Source: Planctomycetota bacterium
Lineage (GTDB): Bacteria; Planctomycetota; PLA2
NCBI GenBank assembly: GCA_039182715.1
Contig: JBCDBY010000076.1
Coordinates: 1 to 16,034 of the forward strand
DNA length: 16,034 bases
Reading direction: 5' to 3'
In this document: positions 7,250 through 13,360 of the stretch, one piece after another
Position numbering within the stretch: the stretch's first letter is position 1
Layout of the letters: each line of letters starts with the position of its first letter
Position numbers and translations under genes: made by a program
The notes under the pieces: model-generated
The model's input: the letters and a program-made list of their open reading frames with translations, nothing else
Database searches by the model: none
Told to the model about the DNA's origin: nothing

Positions 7250-8371
7250 CAAGTCCCGCAGCGACGGATACTTGAACCGCATCCCGTCCTGGAACCAGCG
7301 CGGGTACTCGGACCAGCGGGCGGCGACGACTTCGATGTCCTCGCGGTCCGGGTCGACCTCGAACTGGCCGGGCACGCTCGCCTCCACCAGCAGGGGTACC
7401 TTCACCCATTCGCCGCGGCGCGAGGTGATCTTCCAGGCGCGGACGTCGTCGACCTCGTCCTCGGAGACGCGACGCTCGGCGACTTCGACGCCGGTCACGA
7501 CCTGGAAGAGGTAGGTGGAGATCGCGGCGATGTCGTCGGGGAAGGCGACGAAGGGCTCGTCGAACTCGTCCGCGAAGACGAACAGTCCCTCGTGGATCTT
7601 GCCGTAGACCTCCTCGCGCGGTTCCGCCTGGAAGAGCGCGAGGTCCTCCGCCTCGAGGCACTGCGGCAGCGTCTGCCGGTCGGTGCCGGTGAGCTCGACG
7701 CGCAGGTGGTAGCGCCAGATCGTGCGCGGGTAGTCCTCGCCGACCTCCTGCGGGACGGGCAGCGGCTCCGCCGCGAGCCGCTTCTCGCTCGGCTCGCGCG
7801 TCACCGTCAGCACGCGGCGTCCCAGCCGGCGCCGCTCGACGCGTCCCAGCCAGGCGAGGTTGAGTGCATTGACGGTGAAGTGGCAGGCGACGGCGGGCCA
7901 GAGCGAGCCGCTCTCCTCGCGCAGGACGCCCAGCGCGATGCCGGCGAGAAACGCGAAGATCGGATACCCCATCAGCGCGCGCGCCGGCACCGTGTGCAGG
8001 ATGCCGAAGAGAATCGCCGTGCCCATGAGGCCGAGGTGCGGCCAGAGCGCGCCGCGGAAGAAGAGCTCCTCGGCGAACCCGGAGAGGGCGGCGAGCAGCA
8101 GCGCCTGCGGGATCGTGATCGGGCCGAGCATGCGCGCCATCAGCATCGTGGCGCGCCGTACGGGCCGGAAGATCGCGTGGCCCGCGTGGCAGAGCGCGAC
8201 AATTGCCAATCCGATTGCGATGCCCTGCAGAATCGATTTCGTCGTCGCCGCCTGGTCGCCGAGCAGCAGTTCGGTGTGCCCGAAGACGCTCGCGTAGAGC
8301 ACCGATGCGACGATCACGCCCACGTAGAACGCGCTCGCGATCCGAATCAGTCGGTTGTTGCTCGTGCCCAC
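7247..8371 (-). CDS. CPBP-family (Abi/CAAX-type) intramembrane metalloprotease fused to a C-terminal soluble domain of unknown function
   Basis: All three CPBP motifs are present: FAEELFFRG, FGILH and HFTVNAL. A roughly 200-aa acidic, non-membrane C-terminal domain follows with no motif I recognise. The longest ORF runs to 8455 but would overlap the upstream gene by 77 bp. I place the start at the in-frame GTG at 8371, just after the upstream TAA and adjacent to AGGGG; the start is uncertain. Confidence 0.65.
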   Translation of the reverse strand: MGTSNNRLIRIASAFYVGVIVASVLYASVFGHTELLLGDQAATTKSILQGIAIGLAIVALCHAGHAIFRPVRRATMLMARMLGPITIPQALLLAALSGFAEELFFRGALWPHLGLMGTAILFGILHTVPARALMGYPIFAFLAGIALGVLREESGSLWPAVACHFTVNALNLAWLGRVERRRLGRRVLTVTREPSEKRLAAEPLPVPQEVGEDYPRTIWRYHLRVELTGTDRQTLPQCLEAEDLALFQAEPREEVYGKIHEGLFVFADEFDEPFVAFPDDIAAISTYLFQVVTGVEVAERRVSEDEVDDVRAWKITSRRGEWVKVPLLVEASVPGQFEVDPDREDIEVVAARWSEYPRWFQDGMRFKYPSLRDL

Positions 8372-8378
8372 GACCCCT

Positions 8379-9356
8379 TTACCTTCGCATGGACCAGACG
8401 AGCGGGTTCGGTGAGTTCTGCATGGACTCGAAGGAGTCGCGATCGACCAGTCCACGCCACCCTTCCGCGATCCCGATCTGCGCCACGATGGAGCCGAGCG
8501 AGTTGCCGGGGCCGGGGAGGTAGAGCAGATCGGGCGCGAATTCGCGGAGCGCCGTGAAGACCGACGCGGAGAAGTCGTAGGTCTCGGTCACCTGCGCCCC
8601 GAGCGTGTAATTGCGTAGCGCGGCGGGATCCGCGACGAACGGCGTATGCGTGTGCCCCGTACCGTCGATCAGCGGCGTGGCCGGCGCGCGCCAGTCGAGG
8701 GGCCCCAACTGCGCGGCGGCCTTGTCCGCAACGCCGGCGAGCAGCGGCGTGTGATACGGGCCGTGCTGCGCGAGCCGGATCGGGTAGCGACCCTTGCCGA
8801 GTTCCGCCGGGGGTAGATGGAAGTCGTCGAGTGCCTCGTCGGTGCCGGCGATGACGGCGAACCCGCCGAGCTTGATCGACACGAAGACGCCTTCCTCTTC
8901 GCAGTACAGGACCTGTCCGAAGCGGTCGTCGTCGAGCCGCCAGTCCTCGCCCACAATCGGATAGAGCACCTGGCCCCCGGCCGGCGCCTCCATCTGGAGC
9001 TGCGCCATCTCCTGGACGAGGCGGAATCCGTCGTCGAACGAGAGCGCCCCCGCGACCGTCAGCGCCGTGTACCAGCCCATGGAGTTGCCGGCCACCGCGA
9101 CGATCTCGTGTTCGGCGGCGGCGCGCTCCGCGTCGAGCAGGCTGTGCAGCCAGATGAGCGGGGAGACGTGGTCGGGACGCAGCTGCACGGCGGCGTCCCA
9201 CGGCGCGTCCCGGTCGAGCGAGACCAGCGACGGCAGGCCGCGCGCGGCGCGCAGCTCGTCGGCGCGCCGGACGAGCGGGTGGTTCGGATCGAGCGCGCCG
9301 CGCGTCTGCTTCGTGTAGGAGCCGCGACCGGGGCAGATCAGCACGATGCGGCTCAT
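8379..9356 (-). CDS. FabD-like acyltransferase (malonyl-CoA:ACP transacylase fold; nucleophile motif GNSMG)
   Basis: 326 aa from the ATG at 9356, overlapping the upstream TGA in ATGA. N-terminal CPGRGSY parallels the MCAT FPGQGSQ motif, and GNSMGWYTAL parallels GHSxGEYxAL. The 5'-extended ORF to 9869 is a low-complexity Arg-rich shadow overlapping the E1 gene. Confidence 0.7.
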   Translation of the reverse strand: MSRIVLICPGRGSYTKQTRGALDPNHPLVRRADELRAARGLPSLVSLDRDAPWDAAVQLRPDHVSPLIWLHSLLDAERAAAEHEIVAVAGNSMGWYTALTVAGALSFDDGFRLVQEMAQLQMEAPAGGQVLYPIVGEDWRLDDDRFGQVLYCEEEGVFVSIKLGGFAVIAGTDEALDDFHLPPAELGKGRYPIRLAQHGPYHTPLLAGVADKAAAQLGPLDWRAPATPLIDGTGHTHTPFVADPAALRNYTLGAQVTETYDFSASVFTALREFAPDLLYLPGPGNSLGSIVAQIGIAEGWRGLVDRDSFESMQNSPNPLVWSMRR

Positions 9357-11614
9357 GCGGTCACCTCGCGTGCGGCCGCCTCGATCTCCTCTTCGGAGAC
9401 GAGCACCATGGGGGCGGTGGGGCCGAGCGGGATGAACGTGTCGGCGCTCCGCACGGACCGCAGCTTGCCGTCGTATCCGCGCTCCGCCAGTCGGGCAAGG
9501 ATCGCGTCGGCCACGCCGCCGCTCGCGCGGCACTCGTCGACGACGACGATCGCCGCGGCGGTGCTCGCCTCGCGCTCGATCGCTTCCCACGGCAGGGGGT
9601 TGAGCCACCGCAAGTCGAGGACGCGCGCGTCGAGCCCGGCGCGCCGCGCCACGCGGCGACACATGCGCACGCCGTTGGCGTAGCTGATGAAGAGCAGCTT
9701 GCCTTCGCCGTGCACGCCGGCCTCGCCCGGTAGCAGCGCTTCGCCCTGTGCCGGGTAGTCGCTCAGCCAGCCCTGGTCGCCCGGCTCGTGCAGGTCCTTC
9801 TCGTGGTACAGCGCAATCGGCTCGAGGAACGCGATGACGCGGCCGTGCTCTTTCGCCATCGTCAGGCATCCGCGCAGCATGCGCACGGCGTCCTCGCCGC
9901 GTGACGGTGTCGCGACCACCATGCCGGGAATCTCGCGCAGCGCGGCGATCGCGTTGTCGTTGTGGAAGTGGCCGCCGAACCCGCGCTGGTAGGCAAACGA
10001 GGCAATGCGCACGACCATCGGATTGGTGAACTGGCCCACCGAGAAGAACGAGAGCGAGCTCGCCTCGCCGCGCAGCTGGTCGATCGCGTTGTGCAGGTAG
10101 GCGAGGTACTGGATCTCCGGGATGGGCAGCAGGCCCGCCTGCGCCGCGCCCTGCGCCACGCCGAGAATCGTGGTCTCGTCGAGCAGCGTGTCGAAGACGC
10201 GCGCCTGGCCGAATCGCTCCTGCAGCCCGGCCGTCACGTAGTAGACGCCGCCCTTGCGGCCGACGTCTTCGCCGAAGACGACGATCTCGGGGCGGCGGAG
10301 CATCTCGTCGGCCAGCGCCGCGTTGATGTGCGCCCCGAGCGTGCGCTTGGTCGGCGCGGTCGCGGCCTCCGGCAGTCGCCCGCGCCAGAGTTCCGCGCGC
10401 GCATCCACCTCGATCGGCTCACTCGCCTTGCTTCGACAGTCCGGGTCCAAGTCGAACGACAGCGGGATCATGACCCCCTCGCGGGAGGCGAGGTGACCAC
10501 GGCCGGCGGCTTCCGGCTCGCAGGCTTCGACGCGTGTCCGCGTGGTGCGCAGGAGCGTGGCGATCGCGCCCGGCGTCGCCGCTCCGCGCTCGATCAGGAA
10601 GCGCGCATTGCGCAGCAGCGGGTCCTGGTCCTCGACCGCCTCGATCTCCGGCAGCTCTCGGTAGGTCGTCTCCACGTCGGAGCCCGCGTGGCCCCAGAGG
10701 CGCACCGTGCGGAGGTGGAGGAAGACGGGGCCTTTGGTGGCGCGGCAGGTCTCGATGGCGAGACGCGTCGTCTCCCAGATCTCGTCCAGCTCGCCGTCCG
10801 CCTCGAAGTAGCGCAGGTGCCGCAGGCCGCTGAACGCGTCGTTGATCCAGCGGCGCGGCGTGCGCACCGAGATGCCGATGCCGTTGTCCTCGCAGACGAA
10901 GAGCACCGGCACCGGGTTGCCGCGGCGATGCGCGTAGCGGGCGGCGTTGATGCCGGCCAACGCGGTGGCGTGGTTCGCGGACGCGTCTCCGAAGCTGCAG
11001 CAGACGAGCGCGTCGTGCGGGTGGTCGTGGTCGATGCCCAGTCGCCGCGCGCGCCCGAGAGCGAACGCCATCCCGACCGCCTTGGGCAGGTGGGACGCGA
11101 TCGTGCTGGTCTGCGGCGGCACGCCGAGCGGTCGGCTTCCCCAGACCTTGTGGCGGCCCTGCGCGATGGGGTCGTCGCGACTCGCGCACAGCGAAAGCAG
11201 CGTATCGAACGTCGGCGTTACCGACCCCAAGTGGCGCGACCGCGCCATCATGAACCCGCCACTGCGGTAGTGCAGCAGCGCGGGGTCCGTCACGCGCAGC
11301 TGCGTGCCGAGCACGGCGTTCTGTTCGTGGCCGGCGCTGGCGATCGTGTAGTAGCCGACGCCGCGCGCCTTGAGCCGTCGCGCCGCCATGTCGAGCTGGC
11401 GGCTCAGCACCTGGTCCTCGAAGAGCGCGCGCGCCTGCGCCGCGGTCAGGGAGCTGCCGGGCCGCACCGGTTCGTGCGAGGCCAGCAGGTGCGCGGCGGG
11501 CCGCGCGGTGGCGAGGTAGTTCTCGAGGTTCTGCTCGACGACGGTGACGCGGTCCGGGGGCACGCGGCAATTATGCCGGGTGCGTCGAACAGTCGGCCGT
11601 ATAACCGGGGGCAT
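9353..11614 (-). CDS. TPP-dependent 2-oxoacid dehydrogenase E1 component, fused alpha and beta subunits
   Basis: 753 aa. The alpha half has TPP-binding GDASANH ... VLFVCEDNGIGIS. The beta half has a transketolase-like pyrimidine-binding region, EIVVFGEDVG...ILGVAQGAAQAGLLPIPEIQY, and a C-terminal domain. The TGA stop overlaps the acyltransferase ATG. Exact start uncertain: the ATG at 11614 overlaps the divergent YtoQ ATG within GCATGC. Confidence 0.8.
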   Translation of the reverse strand: MPPVIRPTVRRTRHNCRVPPDRVTVVEQNLENYLATARPAAHLLASHEPVRPGSSLTAAQARALFEDQVLSRQLDMAARRLKARGVGYYTIASAGHEQNAVLGTQLRVTDPALLHYRSGGFMMARSRHLGSVTPTFDTLLSLCASRDDPIAQGRHKVWGSRPLGVPPQTSTIASHLPKAVGMAFALGRARRLGIDHDHPHDALVCCSFGDASANHATALAGINAARYAHRRGNPVPVLFVCEDNGIGISVRTPRRWINDAFSGLRHLRYFEADGELDEIWETTRLAIETCRATKGPVFLHLRTVRLWGHAGSDVETTYRELPEIEAVEDQDPLLRNARFLIERGAATPGAIATLLRTTRTRVEACEPEAAGRGHLASREGVMIPLSFDLDPDCRSKASEPIEVDARAELWRGRLPEAATAPTKRTLGAHINAALADEMLRRPEIVVFGEDVGRKGGVYYVTAGLQERFGQARVFDTLLDETTILGVAQGAAQAGLLPIPEIQYLAYLHNAIDQLRGEASSLSFFSVGQFTNPMVVRIASFAYQRGFGGHFHNDNAIAALREIPGMVVATPSRGEDAVRMLRGCLTMAKEHGRVIAFLEPIALYHEKDLHEPGDQGWLSDYPAQGEALLPGEAGVHGEGKLLFISYANGVRMCRRVARRAGLDARVLDLRWLNPLPWEAIEREASTAAAIVVVDECRASGGVADAILARLAERGYDGKLRSVRSADTFIPLGPTAPMVLVSEEEIEAAAREVTA

Positions 11615-12056
11615 GCAGTGGCACGTCTACCTCTCCGGCGAGATCCACACCGACTGGCGCGATCGCATCGCGGAGGGCATTCGCGCCCGCGATCTGCCGG
11701 TCGTCCTGAGCGCGCCCGTGACCGACCATCCCGCCAGCGACGACTGTGGCGTGTCGATTCTTGGCGCGGAGGAGAAGGGCTTCTGGAAGGACAACAAGGG
11801 CGCCGGGGTCAACGCGATCCGCACGCGCACCCTGATCGAGAAGGCGGACGTCGTCGTCGTCCGATTCGGCGACAAGTACCGCCAGTGGAACGCCGCCTTC
11901 GACGCCGGCTACGCGTCGGCGCTCGGCAAGTCGATCATCACGCTGCACGGCGAGGAACTCACGCACGCCCTCAAGGAGGTCGACCGCTCGGCGCTTGCCG
12001 TCGCCTCGGAGCCGGAGCAGGTGGTGGACATCCTCGAGTACGTCATCCGGAAGTAG
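11613..12056 (+). CDS. YtoQ-family protein (nucleoside 2-deoxyribosyltransferase-like fold)
   Basis: 148 aa. MQWHVYLSGEIHTDWR ... VVVVRFGDKYRQWNAAFDAGYA matches my memory of the Bacillus YtoQ family, including size. The upstream in-frame GTG at 11544 would overlap the E1 gene and was not used. Confidence 0.6.
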   Translation: MQWHVYLSGEIHTDWRDRIAEGIRARDLPVVLSAPVTDHPASDDCGVSILGAEEKGFWKDNKGAGVNAIRTRTLIEKADVVVVRFGDKYRQWNAAFDAGYASALGKSIITLHGEELTHALKEVDRSALAVASEPEQVVDILEYVIRK

Positions 12057-12061
12057 GTGCG

Positions 12062-12201
12062 TGGGACGTTCGACGTTCGACGTTGGACGTTCGCGGCAGG
12101 AAGTCGGGCGGAGGGCTTCCTGGTTCTGGAACCCCGCGACCGGGGACGACTTCCGATCGCAGCCGAAAGTACGTCGAACGTCCAACGTCCAACGTGCGAA
12201 G
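12062..12201. repeat. Heptamer-arm palindromic element, copy C
   Basis: Left arm 12062-12096 is tGGGACGT TCGACGT TCGACGT TGGACGT TCGcgg. The core 12097-12168 carries nested inverted repeats: caggaag with cttcctg, ggttc with gaacc, ccccg with cgggg, and GGAAGTCG (12100-12107) with CGACTTCC (12147-12154). Right arm 12169-12196 is GTACGTC GAACGTC CAACGTC CAACGTG. It fills the gap between convergent stops (12056 and 12202). Confidence 0.7.
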
Positions 12202-12660
12202 TCAGGCCTCGGTGCCTTCGAAACTCCTCAGCCGGTGCATGTGCCCCATCAGCGAGGCGGTGCCGGCCATGCCGAGCCAGGCGAAGAAGTTCATGTTGCC
12301 GGAGAGGATCAGGCAGCCGGTGGCGATGATCGGATAGCTGATGCTTCCTGCTCTCGCCCGTGCGGCGACGACGCCGGTGATCGCGCCGCACGCGGCGGCC
12401 CAGACGAAGATCACGGGGCTGCGGAAGATCCCGAAGATGTGAATGAAGACGAAGCAGGCGACCATCTCGAAGACGAAGACCTTGTACGTGTAGTTCCGCC
12501 GCTCCGCGCGCTCGGAGCCCTGGCCCTCCTCCCGCCGCCACGCCTCGCGCATCTCCTCCTGTACGTGCGCCGGGAGCCCCTGGAAGAACTCGTTCTCCTC
12601 CCGCGGATCGTGGATCCGGTCCTCGGGGATCTCGTGCAGCGCCTTCTCCATGCATTCCAT
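12202..12660 (-). CDS. small two-TM membrane protein with charged N-terminal region
   Basis: The minus-strand frame is confirmed by codon-position GC: 20/20 G/C at third positions over 12241-12300, versus 10/20 for the overlapping plus-strand ORF. Start placed at the ATG at 12660 (MECMEKALHEIPEDRIHDP...). The next ATG at 12651 is equally possible. Upstream of 12660 the codon bias becomes ambiguous, so the 222-aa ORF to 12870 is not supported. Confidence 0.5.
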   Translation of the reverse strand: MECMEKALHEIPEDRIHDPREENEFFQGLPAHVQEEMREAWRREEGQGSERAERRNYTYKVFVFEMVACFVFIHIFGIFRSPVIFVWAAACGAITGVVAARARAGSISYPIIATGCLILSGNMNFFAWLGMAGTASLMGHMHRLRSFEGTEA

Positions 12661-12690
12661 ATCGGCATCCGGACGGCCGATAAGAAACCC

Positions 12691-13128
12691 GTGGATGAAC
12701 GGGTCGAACAGCTCCGGCAGGAGTGGCTCGCCGAACAGGCGCGCCGCGACGTCGCGGACGGGAAGCGGCAGCAGCGCAACCGCCGCAACGCCGTGCTCGC
12801 TGGGGCGATGATCGGCATCGTCTCGACGATGGTCACCGCGCAGGTGACGCGCCGCGCGATCTTCTGGCACTCGTTCCTGCTCGAGGCGCTCTTCGGCGCG
12901 ATCGCCGGCTACGTGCTCGTCCGCCGCGGCGCCGACCCGCTCAACGGCGTCGTCTGCTTCAGCGTCGCCTACTTCGCCGCCTGGCTGCTCCGCGCGCTCG
13001 GCCTCGACCCGTCCGTGCTCTTCGCCGCCGGCGACCTGCGCGGCGCGCTGATGATCCAGGGCAACTTCACGAGTCTCTGTCTCACCGTGGCCTGCGGCGC
13101 CGCGGTGGGGCAGGTCATGCGGGATTAG
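12691..13128 (+). CDS. small multi-TM membrane protein
   Basis: The plus-strand frame has 20/20 G/C at third positions over 12961-13020, and a hydrophobic C-terminus (AIFWHSFLLEALFGAIAGYVLV...VVCFSVAYFAAWLL). Start tentatively the GTG at 12691. An alternative ATG at 12808 is preceded by GGGG. The 5' part of the 377-aa ORF from 11995 is antisense to real genes and to repeat C and was rejected. Confidence 0.45.
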   Translation: MDERVEQLRQEWLAEQARRDVADGKRQQRNRRNAVLAGAMIGIVSTMVTAQVTRRAIFWHSFLLEALFGAIAGYVLVRRGADPLNGVVCFSVAYFAAWLLRALGLDPSVLFAAGDLRGALMIQGNFTSLCLTVACGAAVGQVMRD

Positions 13129-13360
13129 GCGGGGCCAGGAGCGAGGGGCCAGGGGCAGCGAGTGTCTTGTTGCCCACCTTCATTCACGAGTGCGCGCAGA
13201 CGCCCGTCGCTGCGCCACGCGGTCGCACTCCCGTCCACCGAAAGCTCTCCGCGAACTCCGCGGATCCTCCGCGCTCTCCGCGCTTAAACCCGACCGCAGC
13301 CGGAGGCCAACGACTCCGGCCCAGCAATCCGAGGCTGAGGGAGTCCTCCTCGCCCGCGAC

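Noticed and set aside
8372-8455. 5' extension of the CPBP-fusion ORF to the ATG at 8455
   Set aside because: It would overlap the acyltransferase gene by 77 bp, and the extra 28 residues are Ser/Arg/Pro-rich (MDWSIATPSSPCRTHRTRSSGPCEGKG). The in-frame GTG at 8371 lies just after the upstream stop and next to AGGGG.
9357-9869. 5' extension of the acyltransferase ORF to 9869 (496 aa)
   Set aside because: The first 171 residues are an Arg-rich shadow of the E1 gene. The ATG at 9356 overlaps the E1 stop (ATGA) and begins the conserved MSRIVLICPGRGSY acyltransferase N-terminus.
11544-11612. GTG at 11544 as the YtoQ start
   Set aside because: It would overlap the divergent E1 gene by 70 bp. Family members as I recall them begin at the M-x-x-x-V-Y-L-S/A-G-E-I-H motif, which corresponds to the ATG at 11613.
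3129-12201. Idea that the dense ACGT, AACGTT, GACGTC and TCGA palindromes mark restriction-modification target clusters
   Set aside because: No R-M genes are in the window. The periodic 7-nt organisation and inverted-arm architecture are better explained as a structured repeat element. This cannot be tested from the sequence alone.
9962-12337. 791-aa plus-strand ORF antisense to the E1 gene and running through the YtoQ gene and repeat copy C
   Set aside because: Arg/Gly/Ala-rich low-complexity translation. It is antisense to a protein with clear TPP and transketolase motifs, and it translates the repeat element (STLDVRGRKSGG...).
12661-12870. N-terminal 70 residues of the 222-aa minus ORF 12202-12870, and the 5' two-thirds of the plus ORF 11995-13128
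   Set aside because: The codon-position GC test supports each frame only at its 3' part. The plus ORF is antisense to YtoQ, repeat C and the minus gene at its 5' end (10/20 GC3 over 12241-12300). The extended minus N-terminus (MPEDRAARHLRGDHRRDDADHRPSEHG) is Arg/Asp low-complexity.
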